From Podarcis filfolensis (taxonomy: Eukaryota): DNA of 64,000 nt. This document shows positions 11,706 to 23,578 of the stretch, in pieces. The notes below the pieces were generated by a model, which saw only the letters and a program-made list of their open reading frames with translations, was not told where the DNA came from and did no database searches. Each line of letters opens with the position of its first letter. The first letter of the stretch is position 1. The position numbers were made by a program, and so were the translations under genes. The stretch lies in the NCBI GenBank assembly GCA_964270895.1, contig OZ185440.1; one strand, written 5' to 3'.

Positions 11706-13289
11706 TACTGTCGAAAGGGAAGCCGTGGCAAAGACAATAATCTGCTTACATTGTAGCATGAGATTGCCTGCTAATGGGATAGAGTATATACCAAAGTACC
11801 TGAGGTACATTTGCTTGCTGGAAGACCTGGGTGGTCTGAACGACAAGAGCCCCAATTCCATTAGGGAGCTATTGATGTATTTAGGAAAGCTTGTAGCATG
11901 GAGCCTTTTAAAACTGACCCTCCACTTTCCATTCGGGGGCAGACAATGATGAACGAGCCTGGAAGAACAGAGGCAGCACAGCTGAGTCAAATGCTCCTGT
12001 TCTTCTTGAAAATGGAGAAAAGGGATCTTTTAAGGAGTGAGGAATAATTAAAAAATAAATGAACTAGCGCTAGTGGAGTGACAGATGCCCTACTTGATTT
12101 GCAAAATCCAAGCATGTTTCATGGCCCTGTTCTGCCCTTTCTATTCAAGGGAGAGGATCCTTTGAATAGAACCCTCTGCAGCCAAGAAAATGTGGTGAGC
12201 ATTAAAAATGTAAAACCAAAGAATTCTCTTTAGTCATTTGCTTAACCTCAGACTGTGTTTGTCACTGTCAGAGTGATGAATTGGGAGCTGTCTGAAATCA
12301 GCATGCTCACTTTAATAATGTCACTTTCCCTGAGCTCTAATAAATGTCTTTCTGAACCAGCTGGACAGAACCAATTCCTTAGACCAACAATTACCGATTT
12401 CACCAGGTTTTTGCTCTTCTTAACAGTTAGGGCCCTGCTGCTGAAATTGGAAATCTTTATCCATTTTCACACATTCTCCCAGCCACGAGGAAAGGAGGAG
12501 ATCCAGTTTGTTAAAGCCCTACACAAGGAATTAGAGGGAAATTGTCCTATGGAAAGAGCAAGGAAATGGACTGATTTTTAATTCCCGTTTCCACCACCGA
12601 CACAAAAAGTATATATTGGTAAGGGAACTATTCTTCTCTTGGAGTATGCCTTCTTGGGGCATATCTACTATGTGTCCAGGAAAAGTGCAGGAGCAAACAT
12701 TAGAATATAAATGGACTCCTTCAAAGGAGCCTGCTCTGACCAAATCATGGATAATAGTCAATACAGGCAGAGCATGATGTCATGACCACATATTTAGTCC
12801 TGATCACATGAGTGCATCAATCTCTCTAAGATCTACACTGAAAAGATTAGACTAGCCAGCCATCAAATCTTCAACCACAGAAATGATTGTTTTGTATCAG
12901 ATGATTACAGGCCTGTATAATTTAAGGGTGCATCTCTATGCCTGGATGCCATTTAAAAAATCCAGGAATATGAGGATGTTGGTAAATAACATTACACCAC
13001 CATTTAAAATAAACAATGATTTAATGAGCACGTACACTTTTGTTCCTGTCCTGCTCTTCACAGCCAGAGTCAGGATTGTCACAGTGTGCAAACCTGGGCT
13101 GAGGGTTTGTTTGGAGAGAAGGAAATGATAAGCCTACATAGGCCCATGGGCTTGTTTCCTCACCTGCATGGTTTAACATGGCATGTGAACTGGGTCTATA
13201 AACCTGCATGTTTGAACTGCCAGGCAATAAAGGAAACACAAAATAAACTTTAACTGTATCAACATTTGACCAAGAAAACTGCAGACAAA

Positions 13290-13490
13290 ATAGGTACAGT
13301 ACTGTCTTACACTGAGTCAGGCTATTGGGTCTATCTAGCTCAGCCTTGTCTATTCTGAACGGCATTGTCTATACTGATTCTCCAGGATTTCCATCAGGAA
13401 TTTCCCCCAGCCTTACCTGGAGGAAACAGAAACTGAACTTGGGACTTTGGGCGTGAAAAATATGTGGTCTGCCACTGAGATACAGCACCT
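13290..13490 (-). mobile_element. Degenerate tRNA-head SINE (Squam2-like)
   Basis: Reverse complement is similar to the 7132, 31215 and 40332 copies. Confidence 0.6.
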
Positions 13491-13630
13491 CCTCCACGAC
13501 TCAGTTTGAATATTAACCAAGAAAGTCAAGTAATAGTGATATGTTAGGCACCTCTAGAACTGTGGTAGATTCTACCGCAAGAAAGAGCAGGTGCTCCCTT
13601 AGACGGCTACTCATAATAAAAAGTATACAA

Positions 13631-13984
13631 GGTAAAGGTAAAGGGACCCCTGACCATTAGGTCCAGTCATGGCCGACTCTGGGGTTGCAGCGCTCATCTC
13701 GCTTTATTGGCCAAGGGAGCCAGCATACAGCTTCCGGGTCATGTGGCCAGCATGACTAAGCCGCTTCTGGCAAACCAGAGCAGCGCACGGAAACGCCGTT
13801 TACCTTCCCGCCGGAGTGGTACCTATTTATCTACTTGCACTTTGACATGCTTTCGAACTGCTAGGTTGGCAGGAGAAGGGACTGAGCAACGGGAGCTCAC
13901 CCCGTCGTGGGGATTCGAACCGCCGACCTTCTGATTGGCAGCTCCTAGACTCTGTGGTTTAACCCACAGCGCCACCCGCGTCCC
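13631..13984 (-). mobile_element. Sauria SINE, full length
   Basis: 5' GGGACGCGGGTGGCGCTGTGGGTT head at 13984, (ACCTTT)n tail at 13631, and TSD TATACAA (13624-13630, 13985-13991). Confidence 0.95.
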
Positions 13985-16372
13985 TATACAAAGTTAAGGT
14001 ACCTACATGCAATTTATTAGCCTCATCCTCATCATTATTATTGCCAGCTGCAACTTGCCTGAGTTGAAATTGTACTGATTTGCTCTCCCTACCCCACCCC
14101 TGATGTGAGCTGCTTTGAGTACATTCAAATGGAAAAGCGGTAAAGAAAAATAAATTCCCTATTCAGTGTAATAATAGGAGCGGTTTTATTAGTTGCCATT
14201 TTAGTCTGCTGGTTATTTATATATCACATTTTATGGTTTGATTGCCATGTAACTCACCCTAGGACCTTTTGGTGAAGGGCAGATAATAAATATTTGTGAC
14301 GCAGGAGACCCAGCCTCTCAGGTATCCAGGGGCACTAACAAAAGCTCTCACACCAAACCACCTTGATTCTATTCAGTCTGAAATAGGGAGCAGAGGATAG
14401 AACAATGTACTATCCGAGTCAGGGCGAGTGGGTCCAACCACAAAAGGAAGCAAGGCTCCTGCACTTTAAACATGTGTGTAGAAGAGGGAAATTCAACAGG
14501 TGTAGCAATAAAAGCTACACCTGTTGAAATCCCCTCTTCTAAACAAGTCTTCAAGGTACAGGAGCCCGGCTTCCTTTTGTGTCTGGGCACGCTTGCAGGG
14601 ATAGTGGTTTGCGGGCTAGATCAATGGGGGAGACCCTCTCGGTCTAATTTTGCCTCTCTGGATCATTGCGATGATAACATGAGATAACTCCTACATATGC
14701 TGCTCTGAGCTCCTTCAAGGAAGGCTACAGTGCTAACATTTTTCCCCCTTCCCCGACCCTCCTATTCTTAATTTCTATGTCCCTTTCTTTTCCTGGCCTT
14801 CTTGTATTAACCGCCAGCCTAAGAAATATACACACATATCACAACAGCACATACCACCCACCTCTTGTGTTAAAAAAAAGCCTTAAAAAAGAAATAAACT
14901 CAATTAGCAAAGGGAAGCACTGGCTCTTTAAAAGGAAATAATGGTGCCTATACAGCTGGCGTTTCAGGTTGCAGTGTTTGCAGAGAACCACTAATTAAAA
15001 CATTGCTTCTGTAAAGTATGCTGATCCCATTGATTCCAATCCCAACCCCAACCCCCCCTCAGCCTTCATATACACACAGTTAATTTGCTGCTAGGAAAGC
15101 AAAGTCGCAAGGGTCCTCATTATAAAAATTTCACTGGCTGCAGCTAATGGTTGTAATTAATAGGTGCAATAAATTTCAAATGGCCAGCCAGGGTGTTCAT
15201 TAGTTTCAGCCTGAGTCAGCACCAGTGGGGTAGCCTGTTACTTAATAACCCATTTTCTAACTAACTGAAAGGGAGGGTGGGGAGGGTTCGACCCACCCAG
15301 CTATGGTTCAACACAACCAGAATTCTCTCGTCTCACTTGCCAAAAAGAGACAGAGCTGAGTAAATCATTTGCAGAGAACAATCTCCAATTGGACACACCT
15401 GCTTGCCCCAGTTGCGTAAGAATGAGGCAGGGCAATCCAGATTGTATGTTAGCCAACAGGCCAATGTACACAGCCACCTGCAACAATTTGGCCAGATCAC
15501 TTAAACACACACACAAGAAAAAAAATCCAGTGTATCATTAGTTACAACTAGGGACAGCACAGTTGTTAACTGTCAGCTCCAAGGAGGTAAAAATAAAAGC
15601 CTGACATGCTTGAGATATTGCTGAGCATAAGGAAGTTGGTTAATGTAGTGTATCTACTAGCTACATTTTCAAACAACAGACATCTGCTTCTGTGTTAAGC
15701 AGCAAAGTACATCACTATTGTGATTAGGTTTCCTGTAGGAGCAGGGCTCCTGTATCTTTAATACTTATGCAGGAGTTACGTTTTGGGAACTCTGCGAGCA
15801 TAAGTGAAATCATGTAAAGTGAGGAGTACTTTCCAAATGCCCTCTCTGCCACTCTCTCTTCCATCCATACCAAAAATATCCACAACTAGAATTGAAGGAG
15901 GCTGGAGGATGTGTGGGAAAGCGGTGATGACAACAACGCTGCCCCGCATGCCAGCTGTTAGAGGGAAGGCTGAGCAGCTTAAACAAAGGCCCACTGCACC
16001 TCCAGTCTCTTCAAGACTTCCTCCGCCTTCGCTGATGTCCTCTTTGGGCTCTGGGGAGGGTCTCCTCATGAGCCACGAGGACTCTCCAGCTCTCACCCAC
16101 CATTTCCTGGTTTGAATTGAATTATTTAATTATTCCCCGGTGTTTGTGCATGTTATGCTGTCGTGCACAAGTCAATTGTGCATAAGTGTGGGGGGGGGGG
16201 GAGTCTGTAATAAATAACAAAGTGGGCCCGGCAACACCATGTTGCGCTGTGGAGTCCTGCTGTTCCATCTGGGGTGGCCACTCACCCCTGCCCAAGGGAA
16301 TGCAACCCTTGTCGGAAAATAAAGGTTCCCTAGCCCTGCTTTCCTGAGAGATTTCAAGAGCAATGTCCAGTA

Positions 16373-16603
16373 CAGTGGTACCTTGGGTTACAGACGCTTC
16401 AGGTTACAGACGCTTCAGATTACAGACTCTGCTAACCCAGAAATAGTACCTCGGGTTAAGAACTTTACCTCAGGATGAGAACAGAAATCGCACGGCAGCA
16501 GCGGGAGGCCCCATTAGCTAAAGTGGTACCTCAGGTTAAGAACAGTTTCAGGTTAAGAACGGACCTCCAGAACAAATTAAGTTCTTAACCTGAGGTACCA
16601 CTG
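16373..16603. mobile_element. Tc1/mariner MITE, copy 2 (opposite orientation to copy 1)
   Basis: Flanked by TA on both sides, TIR CAGTGGTACC..GGTACCACTG, with an internal TTACAGACGCTTCAG tandem. Confidence 0.9.
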
Positions 16604-17024
16604 TATACAGGTTGTGAGACAGGACCCCTATTGGAGGAGACACTAAATGTGGGGACTCCCCTGGTTCATTTTTTTAGCTTCATTAGACCAACTCTTCCAT
16701 AGAGGCCCAAGCAGACTTGCTAATTATACATGTGCTCATTCATATGGCTTATAAGGCACCAGTGAGAGGCACAGCTGGCCCTCCCATGACGCGAAGGGTG
16801 GTGGTCACCTCAGGTGGCAGATCTGGGCCCAAGGAACATGCTGCTTGCCACTACACACACACACACGGAAGAGGTGGTGGTGTGGAGCACCCACAGAGAA
16901 GGAGGCAATGACATGTTGTGCCTGCAAGGGGGGTGGGGCTCAGGCAGCAAGCTGCCCAGGTCCAGCCTTGGTGGAAGGGTCAATATACAGACCAATGAGA
17001 GCACCTTCAAACAGGGAGTTAAGC

Positions 17025-17147
17025 TAAGGTTACCAGATTTTTTTCAGTGAATCCAAGGACACTTTTCAACTTCAATGGATTTTGTATGGGGACTGATTTG
17101 TAAATCTGGGGACTGTCCCCGGGAAATGGGGACGTCTGGTAACCTTA
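17025..17147. mobile_element. hAT MITE, 123 bp
   Basis: Perfect 13-bp TIR TAAGGTTACCAGA / TCTGGTAACCTTA and perfect 8-bp TSD AGTTAAGC (17017-17024, 17148-17155). Confidence 0.92.
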
Positions 17148-19591
17148 AGTTAAGCCCACCCTGCCTCACTTTGCTGCTTTAAGCTCTTTTTCTCAGATGA
17201 GCTTCACCCCCCCCCCTTTCAACAGTGGCGTTGCCACTTACTGCTAAAACGCCATCTGAGCACCCGGTGGGGAACATGGCGGGTAGCAGTGGTGCTACCA
17301 CTGCAGAAAAATACTGTGCAGTCATGGCTGTGAGGGAATGAGAGGCCCCTCCAGCAACACCATGCAGGGGCCCCTAAAGCCTTGTGCCAGCTCTGAGAAT
17401 GCTGGACTAGACTGCATCTGGGTCTGATCCAGAAGGACTTTTTTATATACTTAAGGTTTGGGTACAATTTGGCAGAGTCGGGGGCAATGGCTCATGTATT
17501 CCATTAAGGTCCGCCCTCCCTTTCCCCCTATAATTTCAACAATTAGATGACATTGCCACACTAATTTATCCATCCTATTGACAAAGCCCTACACAAAACG
17601 AAACGCTTTCTCTTGCCGTCCTTGCCGTCCGATGGGAGCATTGCAGGAACAGAGTGCTTCTTTTGGTATCTGCTTTGCTAAAAGGAAAATCAATAGCATA
17701 AAGAAGAGCGATGCAAAGTGTGAGGGACAAAGATCTAACCTACATTACAAAAACTTGGTGATAAATTTGTTCAGAGCCTCTCTGCTAAACAAACGAATAT
17801 TTATTGGGGACAACCTCACTTACTGTTTCTTGAATCTGTTGATATACGAATATAAAAATTTGCTCTTACAAACAATTGCCTGTCTCCTGTGTCTGGAATA
17901 TAAAAAAGGATGTTGGGCGCTCAATATTTAATTAAACAGAGAAACAAATTATCCCTGTCTCTTAGATTAGCAGGAGAAGCATTACAATTACAAGCAATTA
18001 GAATACGCAGTCCAGACCTTCTGCCATCTGAGATGGGGCTGTCTAAGGTGGAACTATATGCAGTCCTGCAACCACTCAGCAACACTGCTCAATTCCGATT
18101 CTATTGTACCTGTATGATTAGCATGTTGTTTCTAAAATCAATATCTCGCTTGGCTGTTACAGAGATCACCAGATTATCAGTTTAGTTCATTGCCTGCTTT
18201 ACAAGGGTTTTGTGAGTCCTGCTTAGTGCTAGACACAGATTCAGCTAATATATCCCCACCCCCACCCCAAGGAGAAGATCTTCCTTTCTTCTCTGTTCCA
18301 GCCAGGATTGCTACTTATTTACTGGCCACTGCTCCTGTGCATTTAACAGCACCTTCATCAGCAGACATGAAACACCAATAACACATATCTGATGGTCATG
18401 AAAAGCTTCACCTACTGAAAGGCAGCTAGCTGCCTTTAAAGACATAAGAGTTGGCCAAGTGGGTCATTTTCCTAGCCAGCTGTCAAGCCCCAGAATACAT
18501 ATTGTACAGAGTTCTAGGGTGCTTCTAGATAACCTAGTTGTTGAGCATTCACTCTGATTGGTTTGTGGAGAGGCTCAATGACATTGCGACAAAGCAAAAT
18601 TTGCCACACACTTTCCACTGCATTTCCCCATCCCTTCCCTTACTGCAGAGTCTTTTGGGGAAGCAAGTTTGTTCCATAAGAGCTCTAAACCAGCTTTAAT
18701 TACACAACCTGAATTTGCTGGTATGTGGTTGTCATTATTTTGGGATGGGATTCAGTCTGGAAGTGCCCCTTTGATCCTCGTAAAAGGATCACTGTCCCTA
18801 TGGATTCTATCATCATCACCACCATTTTAATGGACTGTACTGGCTACCTCTTCCAGATGAACTAACTTGGGGATCAGAAAGTAGCAGAAGTGAGCAAGCG
18901 CCACACAGGGAAGGTTGAGGGTTTGAGAAGAGCTGCTCCTCAATCCTTTTCAGTAATGTTGACCATTTAAAAGTCTGGCCTTCAAAAGCTCCTGGGCCCC
19001 TGATGCAGCTGCCCTGATCATTAAGAGATACAATTGGGGGGGGCGGAAAAAGCGAAAACAGGCCTGTACATTCCATAGGGGTTTTGTTCCAATTCAGGCT
19101 CGGCTAAAGGCAAAGGGGATTTTGCTCATTACTTTCCCAGCACAAGAAAACATTTTGGTTTGCAACAAAGAAGCTGGTTAAATGGGTTCTTTATCCCCCT
19201 CCATCCCTTTTCCTATTATTGCTAGTTAATTAGGCACTGGCCATCCAAGTCCCCTTCATTCACCGCGACGAGAAATACAATCAGAAAAGCAGGTGTGTGG
19301 TATGACCTTTGCAGTTGGCACTGCAGCACACAAAGGGAGTGTCTGCCATAGGAGCAGAGGCGCATTTTCTAGGGTGGTCGTGTTAGAAAGAAGTCTCAGA
19401 TATCATACGCCTAGATATAAAGGAGTAGGAGGTGGAGGAAGACCTCCATCCACCCACTTTTCAAAATAACCTATCCATACACAAATACACAACTACCCAG
19501 TCATTCAGTGATAAGACTGGCAGCTGTTTACAGCAAGTAAAATGTAGAGCTCCTTGCTATAGCAACATGCGGTTCTCAGAGGCACTAACCA

Positions 19592-19844
19592 CAGCTGGAT
19601 TGCCAACTGACCAGAAAACCCCAAACTGGCTTGGTCTGCCATATTTGCTTTTATTAGCTGCTTGATCTGCCAAAATTAGCAGGTGGAACTTTTTATAGCC
19701 CGGAGGAAAGTGTTATCAGCTGCTCCTGTCTGCAGAAATCAGCAGGTGATTTTTTATATATATAACAGCATGCAGATAAATATTATCACCTGCTGGTGTT
19801 TGGACACCAACGGGTGCCAAAGGCACAGCTAGGGAAGCCAGTTG
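19592..19844. promoter_or_regulatory. Candidate intronic enhancer: cluster of 7 E-boxes
   Basis: CANNTG at 19592, 19604, 19680, 19717, 19743, 19787 and 19839, in non-repeat DNA about 1 kb from mir-135b. Confidence 0.35.
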
Positions 19845-20823
19845 AGAAGCTGATAAGACCATGCTAAAATGCCCAGATTTTGGTATATCAGGCTCTCCAA
19901 ATGTACTGTGAAGGGGCTCTCTCCAACAATATTCTATCAAAATTCAGCTGATTGTCTTTTTGGCAGAGTATGCTTAAAAGCAACAATCCTTCTTAAGCAG
20001 AGGCAGATCCGCCGTACTCAGTGGGACATAAGAAACATGTTTAGGACTGTGCTGTGAGAGTGTCATCAGAAATCAGAACTCCACATGTATGTTTGTACCC
20101 ATAAGTTTGGCACCACATACATATTAAGGAGCAGGGCTTTTTATGTTGCACTTTTAAAAGGAAGCAGTCTTCATTTGCAGATTCCCTAGCGGCAGCAAAT
20201 CCATGTCTTCCGGAGTGGTGGTCTAAAAACTATTGTAACTGTGCTGTGGGCTGAAAAGTCAAACTTTTCGATTTCTTAGCTTCCCTCAGCTGTTGGCTGG
20301 GACACCTGTGGAACCTGACTGTGAGAAAGGAGAAAGTATCTCTAATTACCTGGTAGCTGCTCTCGGCACGCCTAGTTAACCACCATCACTCGGTGTATCT
20401 TTCATGGTAATGGCTCTGCATTCTGCTCAGAGCATTTATTATGTTGGGCTTTTTGCGAGGCAATGGAATCTTTGGGCCCTGGGTTTGAAAGCAGAGGTTT
20501 GGTGTGGGTTTTTCTTAAAAAAAGGAAACGTCTCACAACAACTGAGCTGTACCCTGAGCACTGCAGTGGCTGTTCTGGCCTCTGGATGGAGAGAAGAAGC
20601 CCAGAAGTATAGAGACCAGTCCCTTCACCTCTGTACGTTCATTTGCTAAGTATTCCTTGCCACATTCACCCAGCTAAGTCTCGCTATACCCTAGCCTCTT
20701 TTTCATTCGCCGTTGGTTACAAAATAAATATGGATGTTTGGTTTTATTAAATGAAGGAGGGATAGCATTAAGGAATCTGTATTTCACACAGCTTTGCTGA
20801 GGTGCCCAAGAAAGTGGATTATT

Positions 20824-20909
20824 CCTCTGTGTAGCCCATGGCTTTTAGCCCTACATGAGTTATGAAAAGCAATCACATAGGAATAAAAAGCCATAGACCA
20901 CAGCAGAGG
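20824..20909 (-). ncRNA. MIR135B: pre-mir-135b (mir-135 family, BLACAT1/LEMD1-locus paralogue)
   Basis: 5p arm UAUGGCUUUUUAUUCCUAUGUGA at 20895-20873 (miR-135a-5p-type sequence). 3p arm AUGUAGGGCUAAAAGCCAUGGG at 20856-20835 (the miR-135b-3p sequence). Flanks CUCUGCUGUGG / GCUACA are as in mir-135b. The arms pair as an 86-nt hairpin. Confidence 0.97.
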
Positions 20910-22420
20910 GCTTAAGGAGGATAAGCGGAACGACTTTAGAAAAATACAAAAGGAGGGGAAGAAAAGGGGCCACCTTGACTGTGTCTCCAGTGTTCCACAT
21001 TACAGAGGCATTCCAGGAAATGCTACCTTGGCTAGTCATGTCCTCAGTAATTGATCCACTTTGATAGTTTCCAGTCTACTCTAAGCTCAGCCCTAATGAA
21101 ATTTCCTTTGTCTGTTTGCGCTCATCTCTTGAGATAAGCTTTTAGTGGCCTCATCCTGCTTTTGCAGAGCAGGGGATATCTTAGAATGAGTCTCAATAAA
21201 TTCGAAAGTGAAATCCACAAGTTCCTGATTGCTCCAGCAAGTTCCCCAGACACATGTGGAGCCAGATAGCACAGCCCATATAAAAGTATCCAGCACTGCT
21301 AGGATTTGGCTAAAGGATCAGCAGAGCATGTTGACTGCTAGACACTTGGGAAACTGGCTGTACTTTGAAGAACTTCTGAAAATAATGATGCACTCCAAGC
21401 TCTCCTGAAAGAAGAGGAGTAAAATGGATTTGACAAAGATCATATAGCGCAAGTCTCTAGGACTGAGCTCAGATATTTTCACTGGATGAATTAAATTTGA
21501 AATCAACCTTCAAATCTTTTTGTATTCACCTCAGATTCTCCAATTCAATTAAAAAATCTCTCTTAACAATTTAAAAGTTTACATTTAAAACATTTGTACG
21601 TATAAACGTGTATAATTTGCTTGATCGTTGTCCCTTTCAGGAAACATCACTGCAAGGGATCTGTTTGCTAACTGTGACACAAAGGGAAGAGGAATTGCCA
21701 AGCCTCTGAAAAAGCCAGCTCTCAAAGTATTATATGACAAATAGCCCCCAAACCAGTCACAGCTGGCTACATTTGAGTAACATTGCACCATGCTGCACAC
21801 TGAAATCAGGATATGCCAAATTGAGTTTGAAAATTTACTGTAGCCCAATTGTTCTGCATTTGTATTTTTCCTACAAGACACGGTGAGGCAAGCAAGGCCA
21901 ATTTCAGATATGCACTCCCTATGCTCACAACTGTAGGTTTTATGTGTATGATGCTCAGCGGCTCATGCAGAGGCGCACAACTGCTGGCAATTTTCTGTAA
22001 GATACGGAAAGATAATAGATCAGTGAAAGAGAAGCCACTTGCTATTCTTTCAGCAGTGAATTATTTTCCAGCATTTTCCCATAAGCATGCATTTCAAATG
22101 CCCCTTTGTAGACATGGCAGGCAGCAGGCATATAAGAAAAATGCAACTTTGAATACAAGTCCACAACTTGAGTGTTTTCACAAATATGCAATGCTGCCTT
22201 TCAGCCTGAAATGTGTCCTTTGTGAATGTTATGCAAGTCAGAAAGGGAGAAGGAAATACTTTTTTAAACCAAATGTACATTCTCCAGTCAATGTAGGTTT
22301 TAATTCCATTTACAGACACAAGAAACGCGAGACCTGATTTAAGCATCACTCATGAAAATGGCCTGAAATGAATGAATGCCAGCCTGTGGAGCTCTGAAAG
22401 GTGTACAAAACAAGACTCAC

Positions 22421-22566
22421 TCTCTCTCTTTTTGTAGTTCCCAGACAAAAGGGATAAAGAGAGTTGCACTGAGTGTACGATTTCCGCCTCCCGCGTTTCA
22501 GGTGGATGGTCTCTCTCCTCAGCTGCCTTTTCAAAGGAACCTCTCTCGGTGCTTAGGCCGGGGAAA
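22421..22566 (-). other. Candidate 146-nt internal exon of the mir-135b/micropeptide host transcript (AUG-free)
   Basis: Acceptor CCCTTCTTTCTTTTTGTAG| at 22567, donor GAGA|GTGAGT at 22420, CpG-enriched interior, no ATG, 1.5 kb upstream of the hairpin on the same strand. Confidence 0.62.
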
Positions 22567-23175
22567 CTACAAAAAGAAAGAAGGGCTCTTGGAATAAGGA
22601 AAATGCTTTAATTAGAGAAGAACAAAATCTCCCCAGTGCTCCTTCCTACAGATGGGAACAGTTCCTGCTCTTTAATGAATGTGTCTGCACCTTGTGCTCA
22701 AGATGGGATTTGTGGGCTAAATCTGCCGAGCGCCTGTGGAAATCAATGAACTTACATGAGTTTGGCCAGCTGAAGGTTTGGCTCTCTGCCTTTTACTTTC
22801 TCTCTGTACAAACACTGCTCTGACTCATGCTTGTTCAACAACAGTGCTTATTTACTAACTTAACCAAGACAGGAGGATGGCTGGTAGAGGAAGAACTTCC
22901 ACATCCATCTTTTGTTCCTTCCCCAAGACTTCTGAAACTGCTATTTTTAAGCAACCTCAGAAAGCTAGTGTGCTCTGTCTGTCTGTCTGTTTGTCTCGGC
23001 AGTGAACCTTGCATCCTACAATGTGGAACATCTGGTATGACTTTGCCTAACATTGCTGGCTATTGAATCACATGGGCTCTCAATTCTGACCTAACTATTC
23101 CCTTCCAAAGCCAGAAAAAGTATGTATATGTGTGTATTTATAGGAAAGTCATTATTTCTATGAGAGCAATAAGCA

Positions 23176-23178
<3 letters not shown>

Positions 23179-23213
<35 letters not shown>

Positions 23214-23237
23214 TGTGTGTGTGTGTGTCTGTGTGTG
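23179..23237. repeat. (GT)n microsatellite, imperfect
   Basis: Direct reading of the sequence. Confidence 0.95.
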
Positions 23238-23500
23238 CTGGGAAGATGTCCAGTGCATGACCTGCTGCAAAATCTAGGCAAGCTCAGATGAATGATCCCC
23301 ATCGCCCATAAACACCCATCACAAATACATGACAGCCAGTATGATGCGGTAGATGAAGTGTTTGGCTTAAGAGGAGAGACCTGGATTCAAACCCCCATTC
23401 AGCCATGAAGCTCAGCCAAAGTTGATTTTAGGTCAGTTACTGTCTCTCAGTCTGATCTACCTTATAGGATTGTTGTGAGAACTCACCCTTCACCATGCTC

Positions 23501-23504
<4 letters not shown>

Positions 23505-23574
<70 letters not shown>
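23505..23574. repeat. Compound (TC)n(TG)n microsatellite
   Basis: Direct reading; it sits in the tail of a degenerate SINE. Confidence 0.95.

Positions 23575-23578
<4 letters not shown>

Noticed and set aside
14880-15260. TAAT-rich block
   Set aside because: The count is close to expectation for AT-rich DNA.
21849-22337. 162-aa plus-strand ORF near the miRNA
   Set aside because: It is antisense to the host, has noise-like composition, and starts at a near-cognate codon.
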